A DNA stretch of 64,000 nucleotides from Escherichia coli (GTDB lineage Bacteria > Pseudomonadota > Gammaproteobacteria > Enterobacterales > Enterobacteriaceae), in the NCBI RefSeq assembly GCF_016026235.1, contig NZ_CP065613.1. One strand, given 5' to 3'. The translations under genes and the position numbers were made by a program. Shown here in pieces: positions 11,170-21,457 of the stretch; positions within the stretch are counted from its first letter, which is position 1; every line of letters starts with the position of its first letter. The notes under the pieces are model-generated. The model saw only the letters and a list, made by a program, of their open reading frames with translations. It had not been told where the DNA came from and searched no databases.

Positions 11170-11631
11170 TGTTGTATCCTGTTTTTAAGTGATGGCGGCA
11201 GTATAGCGGCATGGGGTCAGGGCTTCAAAGTTTGCACCTCTGCTGCTGCGTTCCGGCATGATTCATCCGTCACCGGAATAATGATGTCTCTGTGTAGCGA
11301 AAGATTTGTCTCTTCATTAGGGCGCAGTTACACCACGCCTTTCCCTGTTTCTGGTAAACATTATGATCAGGTTTACCGAGCGAGCATCCTCACGCTGACG
11401 GAACTAAAAAAGCCAACAAACAAACTACATTGCGATAGTGCATAGAGCCATCTTGGCGCGAGGTGCCGATCACGAAACTACCAGCAAAACATAAATCCCC
11501 ACGAGTAAGCGTTATACTCGCAGCATTTCCTCACTTTTCAGACTTTATAAAGAGTCGCTAAACGCTTGCTTTTACGTCTTCTCCTGCGATGATAGAAAGC
11601 AGAAAGCGATGAACTTTACAGGCAATCCATA

Positions 11632-11835
11632 ATGAAAAACGTGTTTAAGGCACTCACTGTATTACTTACTCTCTTCAGCCTGACGGGCTGCGGTCTGAAA
11701 GGTCCGCTCTATTTCCCGCCTGCAGATAAAAATGCACCGCCGCCGACCAAACCGGTAGAGACGCAAACGCAATCCACGGTGCCGGATAAAAACGATCGCG
11801 CCACTGGCGATGGTCCATCCCAGGTGAATTACTAA
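11632..11835 (+). CDS. yifL: Small lipoprotein
   Basis: 67 aa with lipobox (LFSLTGC) immediately upstream of dapF. Confidence 0.8.
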   Translation: MKNVFKALTVLLTLFSLTGCGLKGPLYFPPADKNAPPPTKPVETQTQSTVPDKNDRATGDGPSQVNY

Positions 11836-11871
11836 AAGTCAGTTTCTGTACCCGCGTGATTGGAGTAAATG

Positions 11872-12696
11872 ATGCAGTTCTCGAAAATGCATGGCCTTGG
11901 CAACGATTTTATGGTCGTCGACGCGGTAACGCAGAATGTCTTTTTTTCACCGGAGCTGATTCGTCGCCTGGCTGATCGGCACCTGGGGGTAGGGTTTGAC
12001 CAACTGCTGGTGGTTGAGCCGCCGTATGATCCTGAACTGGATTTTCACTATCGCATTTTCAATGCTGATGGCAGTGAAGTGGCGCAGTGCGGCAACGGTG
12101 CGCGCTGCTTTGCCCGTTTTGTTCGTCTGAAAGGACTGACCAATAAGCGTGATATCCGCGTCAGCACCGCCAACGGGCGGATGGTTCTGACCGTCACCGA
12201 TGATGATCTGGTCCGCGTAAATATGGGCGAACCCAACTTCGAACCTTCCGCCGTGCCGTTTCGCGCTAACAAAGCGGAAAAGACCTATATTATGCGCGCC
12301 GCCGAGCAGACAATCTTATGCGGCGTGGTGTCGATGGGAAATCCGCATTGCGTGATTCAGGTCGATGATGTCGATACCGCGGCGGTAGAAACGCTTGGTC
12401 CTGTTCTGGAAAGCCACGAGCGTTTTCCGGAGCGCGCCAATATCGGTTTTATGCAAGTGGTTAAGCGCGAGCATATTCGTTTACGCGTTTATGAGCGTGG
12501 GGCAGGAGAAACCCAGGCCTGCGGCAGCGGCGCGTGTGCGGCGGTTGCAGTAGGGATTCAGCAAGGTTTGCTGGCCGAAGAAGTACGCGTGGAACTCCCC
12601 GGCGGTCGTCTTGATATCGCCTGGAAAGGTCCGGGTCACCCGTTATATATGACTGGCCCGGCGGTACATGTCTACGACGGATTTATTCATCTATGA
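11872..12696 (+). CDS. dapF: Diaminopimelate epimerase
   Basis: 274 aa, [19 protein letters not shown]..., catalytic Cys motifs (GNGARC, SGACA). Confidence 0.95.
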
Positions 12697-13400
12697 AGCA
12701 ACCAGGGGAAGAACTGCAGGAAACACTCACGGAGCTTGATGACCGGGCGGTTGTCGATTATCTGATTAAAAATCCTGAGTTTTTTATCCGTAATGCGCGC
12801 GCAGTAGAAGCGATACGTGTGCCGCATCCGGTACGCGGCACCGTTTCGTTGGTCGAGTGGCACATGGCCCGCGCACGTAATCATATTCATGTTCTGGAAG
12901 AGAACATGGCGCTGTTGATGGAACAGGCTATCGCCAACGAAGGCCTGTTTTATCGCCTACTCTACCTGCAGCGCAGTCTCACCGCCGCCAGCAGTCTCGA
13001 CGATATGCTGATGCGCTTTCACCGCTGGGCGCGCGATCTCGGCCTGGCAGGTGCGAGTCTGCGCCTGTTTCCGGATCGCTGGCGCTTAGGTGCGCCGTCG
13101 AACCACACTCATCTGGCATTAAGCCGTCAGTCTTTCGAACCGCTGCGTATTCAGCGTTTGGGGCAGGAACAGCACTATCTTGGACCGCTTAACGGACCTG
13201 AGCTGCTGGTGGTGCTACCTGAAGCGAAAGCAGTGGGATCGGTGGCGATGTCGATGCTGGGAAGCGATGCTGATTTGGGTGTCGTGCTGTTTACCAGTCG
13301 CGATGCCAGTCACTATCAACAAGGGCAAGGAACGCAGTTACTTCATGAAATTGCGCTGATGTTGCCGGAGCTTCTGGAGCGTTGGATTGAACGCGTATGA
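12693..13400 (+). CDS. yigA: DUF484-family protein
   Basis: 235 aa ORF, 4 bp overlap with dapF and xerC; dapF-yigA-xerC-yigB operon layout. Confidence 0.85.
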
Positions 13401-14293
13401 CCGATTTACACACCGATGTAGAACGCTACCTACGTTATCTGAGCGTGGAGCGCCAGCTTAGCCCGATAACCCTGCTTAACTACCAGCGTCAGCTTGAGGC
13501 GATCATCAATTTTGCCAGCGAAAACGGCCTGCAAAGCTGGCAGCAATGTGATGTGACGATGGTGCGCAATTTTGCTGTACGCAGTCGCCGTAAAGGGCTG
13601 GGAGCAGCAAGCCTCGCGTTACGGCTTTCTGCGCTACGTAGCTTTTTTGACTGGCTGGTCAGCCAGAACGAACTCAAAGCTAACCCGGCGAAAGGTGTTT
13701 CGGCACCGAAAGCGCCGCGTCATCTGCCGAAAAATATCGACGTCGACGATATGAATCGGCTGCTGGACATTGATATCAACGATCCCCTCGCTGTACGCGA
13801 CCGTGCAATGCTGGAAGTGATGTACGGCGCGGGTCTGCGTCTTTCCGAGCTGGTGGGGCTGGATATCAAACACCTCGACCTGGAGTCTGGTGAAGTGTGG
13901 GTAATGGGGAAAGGCAGCAAAGAGCGCCGCCTGCCGATTGGTCGCAACGCTGTGGCGTGGATTGAGCACTGGCTTGATTTGCGCGACCTGTTTGGTAGCG
14001 AAGACGACGCGCTTTTTCTGTCGAAACTGGGCAAGCGTATCTCCGCGCGTAATGTGCAGAAACGCTTTGCCGAATGGGGCATAAAACAAGGGCTGAATAA
14101 TCACGTTCATCCGCATAAATTACGTCACTCGTTCGCCACGCATATGCTGGAGTCGAGCGGCGATCTTCGTGGTGTGCAGGAGCTGCTGGGTCATGCCAAC
14201 CTCTCCACCACGCAAATCTATACTCATCTTGATTTTCAACACCTTGCCTCGGTGTACGATGCGGCGCATCCACGCGCCAAACGGGGGAAATAA
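13397..14293 (+). CDS. xerC: Tyrosine site-specific recombinase XerC
   Basis: 298 aa; C-terminal R..HxxR..Y catalytic signature ([10 protein letters not shown]...[14 protein letters not shown]). Confidence 0.95.
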
Positions 14294-15009
14294 TGCGTTT
14301 TTACCGGCCTTTGGGGCGCATCTCGGCGCTCACCTTTGACCTGGATGATACCCTTTACGATAACCGTCCGGTGATTTTGCGCACCGAGCGAGAGGCGCTT
14401 ACCTTTGTGCAAAATTATCATCCGGCGCTGCGCAGCTTCCAGAATGAAGATCTGCAACGCCTGCGCCAGGCGGTACGGGAAGCGGAACCCGAGATTTATC
14501 ACGACGTGACGCGTTGGCGTTTTCGTTCGATTGAACAAGCGATGCTCGACGCCGGGCTGAGTGCCGAAGAAGCCAGTGCAGGCGCACACGCAGCAATGAT
14601 TAACTTTGCCAAATGGCGCAGCCGAATCGACGTCCCGCAGCAAACTCACGACACCTTAAAACAGCTGGCGAAGAAATGGCCGCTGGTGGCGATCACCAAC
14701 GGTAACGCCCAGCCGGAACTGTTTGGTTTGGGGGATTATTTTGAGTTTGTGCTGCGCGCTGGCCCGCACGGGCGCTCAAAACCGTTCAGCGATATGTACT
14801 TTTTGGCTGCGGAAAAACTCAACGTGCCGATCGGCGAGATCTTACATGTTGGGGACGATCTCACCACTGACGTGGGTGGGGCAATTCGCAGCGGAATGCA
14901 GGCTTGTTGGATCAGACCGGAAAATGGCGATCTGATGCAAACCTGGGACAGCCGTTTACTGCCGCATCTGGAAATTTCCCGGTTGGCATCTCTGACCTCG
15001 CTGATATAA
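14293..15009 (+). CDS. yigB: HAD-superfamily phosphatase
   Basis: 238 aa; N-terminal DxD motif (FDLDDTLYD). Confidence 0.88.
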
Positions 15010-15018
15010 TCAGCAAAT

Positions 15019-15034
15019 CTGTATATATACCCAG
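15019..15034. promoter_or_regulatory. LexA (SOS) box upstream of uvrD
   Basis: CTGTATATATACCCAG, a CTG-N10-CAG palindrome-like site 60 bp upstream of the uvrD ATG. Confidence 0.6.
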
Positions 15035-15092
15035 CTTTTTGGCGGAGGGCGTTGCGCTTCTCCGCCCAACCTATTTTTACGCGGCGGTGCCA

Positions 15093-17255
15093 ATGGACGT
15101 TTCTTACCTGCTCGACAGCCTTAATGACAAACAGCGCGAAGCGGTGGCCGCGCCACGCAGCAACCTTCTGGTGCTGGCGGGCGCGGGCAGTGGTAAGACG
15201 CGCGTACTGGTGCATCGTATCGCCTGGCTGATGAGCGTGGAAAACTGCTCGCCATACTCGATTATGGCTGTGACGTTTACCAACAAAGCGGCGGCGGAGA
15301 TGCGTCATCGTATCGGGCAACTGATGGGCACCAGCCAGGGCGGCATGTGGGTCGGCACCTTCCACGGGCTGGCGCACCGTTTGCTGCGTGCGCACCATAT
15401 GGACGCCAATCTACCGCAGGATTTCCAGATCCTCGACAGTGAAGACCAGCTACGCCTGCTTAAGCGTCTGATCAAAGCCATGAACCTCGACGAGAAGCAG
15501 TGGCCGCCGCGCCAGGCAATGTGGTACATCAACAGCCAGAAAGATGAAGGCCTGCGTCCGCATCATATTCAAAGCTACGGTAATCCGGTGGAGCAGACCT
15601 GGCAGAAGGTGTATCAGGCGTATCAGGAAGCGTGTGACCGCGCGGGCCTGGTGGACTTCGCCGAGCTGCTGCTGCGCGCTCACGAACTGTGGCTTAACAA
15701 GCCGCATATCCTACAACACTACCGCGAACGTTTTACCAATATCCTGGTGGACGAATTCCAGGATACCAACAACATTCAGTACGCGTGGATCCGCCTGCTG
15801 GCGGGCGACACCGGCAAAGTGATGATCGTCGGTGATGACGACCAGTCAATCTACGGCTGGCGTGGGGCGCAGGTGGAGAATATTCAGCGTTTCCTTAATG
15901 ATTTCCCCGGTGCCGAAACTATTCGTCTGGAGCAAAACTACCGCTCTACCAGCAATATTCTGAGCGCCGCTAACGCCCTGATTGAAAACAACAACGGGCG
16001 TCTGGGTAAAAAACTGTGGACCGATGGCGCGGACGGTGAGCCTATTTCCCTCTATTGCGCTTTTAACGAACTCGATGAAGCGCGTTTTGTGGTTAACCGC
16101 ATCAAAACCTGGCAGGACAACGGCGGGGCGCTTGCCGAGTGCGCCATTCTCTACCGCAGTAACGCCCAGTCGCGTGTGCTGGAAGAAGCACTGTTGCAGG
16201 CGAGTATGCCGTACCGTATTTACGGCGGGATGCGCTTCTTCGAACGCCAGGAAATCAAAGATGCGCTCTCGTATCTGCGCCTGATTGCCAACCGTAACGA
16301 CGACGCGGCCTTTGAGCGTGTGGTGAATACGCCAACGCGGGGTATTGGTGACCGGACGCTGGACGTGGTACGTCAGACATCGCGCGATCGCCAGTTAACA
16401 CTCTGGCAGGCATGTCGTGAACTGTTGCAGGAAAAAGCCCTCGCCGGACGTGCTGCCAGCGCCTTACAGCGGTTTATGGAACTGATCGACGCCTTAGCGC
16501 AGGAAACTGCCGATATGCCGCTGCATGTACAGACTGACCGGGTAATTAAAGACTCCGGCCTGCGTACCATGTACGAGCAGGAGAAGGGCGAAAAAGGTCA
16601 GACGCGTATCGAAAACTTAGAGGAACTGGTGACGGCAACGCGCCAGTTCAGCTACAACGAAGAAGACGAAGATTTAATGCCGCTGCAGGCGTTCCTATCC
16701 CATGCGGCGCTGGAAGCAGGCGAAGGGCAGGCGGATACCTGGCAGGATGCGGTACAACTGATGACCATGCACTCGGCGAAAGGTCTGGAGTTCCCGCAGG
16801 TGTTTATCGTCGGTATGGAAGAGGGCATGTTCCCAAGCCAGATGTCGCTGGATGAAGGCGGGCGTCTGGAAGAAGAACGCCGTCTGGCCTACGTTGGCGT
16901 AACCCGCGCGATGCAGAAACTGACGCTGACCTACGCGGAAACTCGCCGTCTGTATGGCAAAGAGGTTTACCATCGCCCGTCGCGCTTTATTGGCGAGCTG
17001 CCGGAAGAGTGTGTGGAAGAGGTGCGCCTGCGCGCCACGGTAAGCCGCCCGGTCAGCCATCAGCGGATGGGTACGCCGATGGTCGAGAACGACAGCGGCT
17101 ACAAGCTCGGCCAGCGTGTACGCCACGCTAAGTTTGGTGAAGGCACCATCGTCAATATGGAAGTCAGCGGTGAACATAGCCGTTTGCAGGTGGCATTCCA
17201 GGGCCAGGGAATCAAATGGCTGGTGGCAGCTTACGCCCGGCTGGAGTCGGTGTAA
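15093..17255 (+). CDS. uvrD: DNA helicase II (720 aa from ATG 15093; ORF track over-extends upstream to 14904)
   Basis: MDVSYLLDSLNDKQREAVAAP...; Walker A GAGSGKT; UvrD/Rep helicase motifs. Confidence 0.95.
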   Translation: MDVSYLLDSLNDKQREAVAAPRSNLLVLAGAGSGKTRVLVHRIAWLMSVENCSPYSIMAVTFTNKAAAEMRHRIGQLMGTSQGGMWVGTFHGLAHRLLRAHHMDANLPQDFQILDSEDQLRLLKRLIKAMNLDEKQWPPRQAMWYINSQKDEGLRPHHIQSYGNPVEQTWQKVYQAYQEACDRAGLVDFAELLLRAHELWLNKPHILQHYRERFTNILVDEFQDTNNIQYAWIRLLAGDTGKVMIVGDDDQSIYGWRGAQVENIQRFLNDFPGAETIRLEQNYRSTSNILSAANALIENNNGRLGKKLWTDGADGEPISLYCAFNELDEARFVVNRIKTWQDNGGALAECAILYRSNAQSRVLEEALLQASMPYRIYGGMRFFERQEIKDALSYLRLIANRNDDAAFERVVNTPTRGIGDRTLDVVRQTSRDRQLTLWQACRELLQEKALAGRAASALQRFMELIDALAQETADMPLHVQTDRVIKDSGLRTMYEQEKGEKGQTRIENLEELVTATRQFSYNEEDEDLMPLQAFLSHAALEAGEGQADTWQDAVQLMTMHSAKGLEFPQVFIVGMEEGMFPSQMSLDEGGRLEEERRLAYVGVTRAMQKLTLTYAETRRLYGKEVYHRPSRFIGELPEECVEEVRLRATVSRPVSHQRMGTPMVENDSGYKLGQRVRHAKFGEGTIVNMEVSGEHSRLQVAFQGQGIKWLVAAYARLESV

Positions 17256-17330
17256 CGTTGCCGGATGCGGTGCTGCGCACCTTATTTGGCCTAAAAAATC
17301 ATTCATATTCAATAAATTGCAACGTCATGT

Positions 17331-17364
17331 ATGCCGGATAGGGCGTTTACGCCGCATCCGGCAT
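17331..17364. repeat. REP element
   Basis: ATGCCGGATAGGGCGTTTACGCCGCATCCGGCAT palindromic unit downstream of uvrD. Confidence 0.7.
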
Positions 17365-17401
17365 CTGCGCCATCTTCAGTATCTGACACAAAACTATCGT
17401 T

Positions 17402-17833
17402 TTAACCTTTCCGCTCGACGGAAATCATGGTGACAAAAGGATAGCGTTGCCACGGGATTGCCCCGCCTTTCATATACATATGTGAAATCGTACCATCAAG
17501 ATAAAGCAGCTGCTCAACGTTCAGTTTCGCTTTGGCATAACAGGCAAAATCATAAAAATTTGTCGCCTGCTGGCTCAACAAAAACACGGCATTCCCATGT
17601 TTATTAATCCCAACACCGTTACGAATTTTACGTGAGGCGACGTTGGGATGAATACGCGGATTAATTACACCGTTTTCCATCAACATTGGCCCTGACTGCA
17701 CCGCAAACTGAATATCTTTACTGGCTTTAAAAGCATCTAGACGAACGATGCCGACTTTATCTCCCGCGACATAAAACACGCCGCCAGGACGGATAAAGAA
17801 ATTCCCTTCACCTGAAGCGAGATTTAACGCCAC
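17402..17833 (-). pseudogene. yigE: yigE (DUF2233) 3' portion, separated from its 5' portion by IS4
   Basis: 143 aa ORF fragment abutting the IS4 left end; together with 19269-19604 it reconstitutes a ~254 aa protein. Confidence 0.75.
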
Positions 17834-19268
17834 CTTCTGCTGTAATGCCGATCAGTTAAGGATCAGTTGACCGATCCAGTGGCTGTGTAAGAATCCGGAA
17901 ACGCTCACTTGTTTCCGGATTTTTTTATGCACATTGGACAGGCTCTTGATCTGGTATCCCGTTACGATTCTCTGCGTAACCCACTGACTTCTCTGGGGGA
18001 TTACCTCGACCCCGAACTCATCTCTCGTTGCCTTGCCGAATCAGGTACTGTAACGCTACGCAAGCGCCGTCTTCCCCTCGAAATGATGGTCTGGTGTATT
18101 GTTGGCATGGCGCTTGAGCGTAAAGAACCTCTTCACCAGATTGTGAATCGCCTGGACATCATGCTGCCGGGCAATCGCCCCTTCGTTGCCCCCAGTGCCG
18201 TTATTCAGGCCCGCCAGCGCCTGGGAAGTGAGGCTGTCCGCCGCGTGTTCACGAAAACAGCGCAGCTCTGGCATAACGCCACGCCGCATCCGCACTGGTG
18301 CGGCCTGACCCTGCTGGCCATCGATGGTGTGTTCTGGCGCACACCGGATACACCAGAGAACGATGCAGCCTTCCCCCGCCAGACACATGCCGGGAACCCG
18401 GCGCTCTACCCGCAGGTCAAAATGGTCTGCCAGATGGAACTGACCAGCCATCTGCTGACGGCTGCAGCCTTCGGCACGATGAAGAACAGCGAAAATGAGC
18501 TTGCTGAGCAACTTATAGAACAAACCGGCGATAACACTCTGACGTTAATGGATAAAGGTTATTACTCACTGGGACTGTTAAATGCCTGGAGCCTGGCGGG
18601 AGAACACCGCCACTGGATGATACCTCTCAGAAAGGGAGCGCAATATGAAGAGCTCAGAAAACTGGGTAAAGGCGATCATCTGGTGAAGCTGAAAACCAGC
18701 CCGCAGGCACGAAAAAAGTGGCCGGGACTGGGAAATGAAGTGACAGCCCGCCTGCTGACCGTGACGCGCAAAGGAAAAGTCTGCCATCTGCTGACGTCGA
18801 TGACGGACGCCATGCGCTTCCCCGGAGGAGAAATGGCGGATCTGTACAGTCATCGCTGGGAAATCGAACTGGGATACAGGGAGATAAAACAGACGATGCA
18901 ACTGAGCAGGCTGACGCTGAGAAGTAAAAAGCCGGAGCTTGTGGAGCAAGAGCTGTGGGGTGTCTTACTGGCTTATAATCTGGTGAGATATCAGATGATT
19001 AAAATGGCGGAACATCTGAAAGGTTACTGGCCGAATCAACTGAGTTTCTCAGAATCATGCGGAATGGTGATGAGAATGCTGATGACATTGCAGGGCGCTT
19101 CACCGGGACGTATACCGGAGCTGATGCGCGATCTTGCAAGTATGGGACAACTTGTGAAATTACCGACGAGAAGGGGAAGGGCCTTCCCGAGAGTGGTAAA
19201 GGAGAGGCCCTGGAAATACCCCACAGCCCCGAAAAAGAGCCAGTCAGTTGCTTAACTGACTGGCATTA
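17834..19268 (+). mobile_element. IS4 insertion sequence with 12 bp target-site duplication CACCTTCTGCTG
   Basis: Terminal inverted repeats TAATGCCGATCAGTTAAG (left) and CTTAACTGACTGGCATTA (right, 16/18 match); identical 12 bp direct repeats at 17822-17833 and 19269-19280. Confidence 0.9.
17927..19255 (+). CDS. insG: IS4 DDE transposase (442 aa from ATG 17927)
   Basis: Product [30 protein letters not shown]... recognised as IS4-family transposase; inside the IR-bounded element. Confidence 0.88.
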   Translation: MHIGQALDLVSRYDSLRNPLTSLGDYLDPELISRCLAESGTVTLRKRRLPLEMMVWCIVGMALERKEPLHQIVNRLDIMLPGNRPFVAPSAVIQARQRLGSEAVRRVFTKTAQLWHNATPHPHWCGLTLLAIDGVFWRTPDTPENDAAFPRQTHAGNPALYPQVKMVCQMELTSHLLTAAAFGTMKNSENELAEQLIEQTGDNTLTLMDKGYYSLGLLNAWSLAGEHRHWMIPLRKGAQYEELRKLGKGDHLVKLKTSPQARKKWPGLGNEVTARLLTVTRKGKVCHLLTSMTDAMRFPGGEMADLYSHRWEIELGYREIKQTMQLSRLTLRSKKPELVEQELWGVLLAYNLVRYQMIKMAEHLKGYWPNQLSFSESCGMVMRMLMTLQGASPGRIPELMRDLASMGQLVKLPTRRGRAFPRVVKERPWKYPTAPKKSQSVA

Positions 19269-19604
19269 CACCTTCTGCTGACCGTTTTCGATGTACAAAC
19301 CGAGCGGCGCATAGCTTTCATCATAGATGCCGCCGTTCATCGCCATCTGCACCTGACCCTGACTATTCATATCCGCCAGCAGAGCATGTAACGTTCCCCA
19401 CGCTTCGCCATTAGCTTTTTGCCAGTACATTTTCACCCGCTCTGTTTGAGGATTAACGGTATACGCCTGTACGGTCAGCGTCGGATCTGAGAGTGCGCAA
19501 TCATCAGCGGCAACAGCAAACAAGGGAAGTAAGGTGAGGGTGAGAAAAATCTGTTTGAGATTCAAGGTGATCATTCCTTTACCAATGAGTAGCCGATGCG
19601 CCAT
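19269..19604 (-). pseudogene. yigE: yigE 5' portion (signal peptide and N-terminal domain), truncated by IS4
   Basis: 112 aa ORF with N-terminal signal peptide (LTLTLLPLFAVAADD) that runs into the IS4 right end. Confidence 0.75.
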
Positions 19605-19973
19605 TATAGGTCCTGGATGTTGGATTTTTTTATCCTGTTAGCGACCTTGACGAGTACCAAAAAGCGCGAAGTTCAACTATTGTTCTGTGGTGTTCTGTTG
19701 CGTGTTGACGGCAAAATTTTGCTGGCGTAACATGCGCGCACGATCACTCTAAGAGGACATTCGCCTTGGACACACCCAGTAGATACTGGCTCACTATCCT
19801 GTCATCCAGGATCAACTCCTAAGGCTATCCCTTTTTGCTGATAGCCTTAGCGGTTGTCAGCGACCTCAATTTTTCCCGTCGCGCTGAGTCAGGCTGTTTA
19901 ATGGTCTGAAACCCAATTTGTTTCTGTGTGCCCACCGAACTGTCCGATATTTTAAGCATTGGGAGTCCCGGTC

Positions 19974-20924
19974 ATGCTGAGCGCATTTCAACTGGAAAAT
20001 AACCGACTGACCCGGCTGGAAGTCGAAGAGTCACAACCCCTTGTAAATGCAGTATGGATTGATCTTGTCGAACCGGACGACGACGAGCGACTGCGCGTAC
20101 AATCTGAACTTGGCCAGAGCCTGGCAACCCGCCCGGAACTGGAAGACATCGAAGCATCGGCACGTTTCTTTGAAGACGACGACGGCCTGCATATTCACTC
20201 CTTCTTCTTCTTTGAAGATGCGGAAGATCACGCCGGTAACTCCACTGTGGCATTTACCATCCGTGATGGTCGTCTGTTTACTCTGCGTGAGCGTGAACTG
20301 CCCGCTTTTCGTCTGTATCGTATGCGTGCCCGTAGCCAGTCGATGGTAGACGGTAACGCCTACGAGCTGCTGCTGGATCTGTTCGAAACCAAAATCGAAC
20401 AGTTGGCAGATGAAATTGAAAATATCTATAGCGACCTGGAGCAGTTGAGCCGGGTGATTATGGAAGGGCATCAGGGCGATGAGTACGACGAGGCGCTCTC
20501 CACTCTGGCGGAACTGGAAGATATCGGCTGGAAAGTTCGCCTGTGTCTGATGGATACCCAGCGCGCGCTCAACTTCCTGGTGCGTAAAGCGCGTTTACCG
20601 GGTGGGCAACTGGAGCAGGCGCGTGAAATCCTGCGAGATATCGAATCCCTGCTGCCGCATAACGAATCCCTGTTCCAGAAGGTGAACTTCCTGATGCAGG
20701 CGGCGATGGGTTTTATCAACATCGAGCAGAACCGCATCATCAAAATCTTCTCGGTGGTATCCGTGGTATTCCTGCCGCCGACGCTCGTTGCTTCCAGCTA
20801 TGGGATGAACTTTGAGTTTATGCCAGAACTGAAGTGGAGTTTCGGCTACCCAGGCGCGATTATCTTTATGATCCTCGCGGGCCTGGCACCGTATCTGTAC
20901 TTTAAGCGCAAGAACTGGCTGTAA
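19974..20924 (+). CDS. corA: Mg2+/Co2+ transport protein CorA (316 aa from ATG 19974)
   Basis: [17 protein letters not shown]...; C-terminal [11 protein letters not shown] signature (GMN motif) and two TM helices. Confidence 0.95.
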   Translation: MLSAFQLENNRLTRLEVEESQPLVNAVWIDLVEPDDDERLRVQSELGQSLATRPELEDIEASARFFEDDDGLHIHSFFFFEDAEDHAGNSTVAFTIRDGRLFTLRERELPAFRLYRMRARSQSMVDGNAYELLLDLFETKIEQLADEIENIYSDLEQLSRVIMEGHQGDEYDEALSTLAELEDIGWKVRLCLMDTQRALNFLVRKARLPGGQLEQAREILRDIESLLPHNESLFQKVNFLMQAAMGFINIEQNRIIKIFSVVSVVFLPPTLVASSYGMNFEFMPELKWSFGYPGAIIFMILAGLAPYLYFKRKNWL

Positions 20925-20977
20925 TATGAGTGCCGGATAAAGCTATTTTTTTATCCGGCTTATTTCTAAAAATTGTC

Positions 20978-21457
20978 TTATTTAAAGTCATGCGGATTGA
21001 AAACTCGCTCTATTTTATTTTCTTGTGTTAATTGATACTCAGTAAAATCGTTAATACCAATATGAGTGTTACGATAAGGGTATTCATTAATAACCATTAA
21101 GTAATTTTTCACGATGCAATTATCATTGCTCTTAATTGTCGGGAAACAGTAGAGATCTTCATACGGCCCTTCGATATATTTTTTATAGTCAGTGAAGCCA
21201 TTACCGATATCAATGACATACCAGGTATGCCAACTACCTTCTGGTAGGGGATGTTGATTTTTAATTTCATTCTGATGCTTCAGATACCAATTTATTTTAT
21301 CGCTGTCAGTCCATGGCAGATGATCAACGACCAGAAAGACTGAATTGCCAGCATCAGAGTATGTATACAAAATCTGTACAGGACGCAATGTCCATAAATT
21401 ATAGATGCAGCATAGAAGAAATAAACATAATATAATTTTCTGGAGTTTGCTTTTCAT
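20978..21457 (-). CDS. Hypothetical protein with N-terminal membrane anchor or signal (159 aa); second gene of low-GC islet
   Basis: ORF with hydrophobic N-terminus (IILCLFLLCCIYNLW) and W/Y-rich soluble domain; start overlaps stop of the upstream 284 aa gene by 4 bp (ATGA); very AT-rich codon usage. Confidence 0.6.
   Translation of the reverse strand: MKSKLQKIILCLFLLCCIYNLWTLRPVQILYTYSDAGNSVFLVVDHLPWTDSDKINWYLKHQNEIKNQHPLPEGSWHTWYVIDIGNGFTDYKKYIEGPYEDLYCFPTIKSNDNCIVKNYLMVINEYPYRNTHIGINDFTEYQLTQENKIERVFNPHDFK

Noticed and set aside
10960-11445. 161 aa plus-strand ORF spanning cyaY and the cyaY-yifL intergenic region
   Set aside because: Its first half is antisense to cyaY and it has no RBS or recognisable domain; treated as spurious.
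14904-15092. Apparent 106 bp overlap between yigB and uvrD implied by the ORF track (uvrD ORF from 14904)
   Set aside because: The ORF track reports the longest open frame; the UvrD N-terminus (MDVSYLLDSLNDKQREAV) starts at ATG 15093, downstream of the yigB stop and the LexA box. The same over-extension applies to aslB, hemC, yigL, ubiJ, tatA, tatD, fre, fadB and ysgA.
14736-15398. 220 aa minus-strand ORF, and similar long antisense ORFs at 13634-14116, 16695-17312, 26606-27313, 31398-32165, 34316-35095, 38810-39484, 42833-43459 and 53396-54382
   Set aside because: Each lies entirely antisense to a well-supported conserved gene (yigB/uvrD, xerC, recQ, yigM, metE, udp, ubiB, pepQ); such open frames are expected by chance in GC-rich coding DNA and have no independent support.
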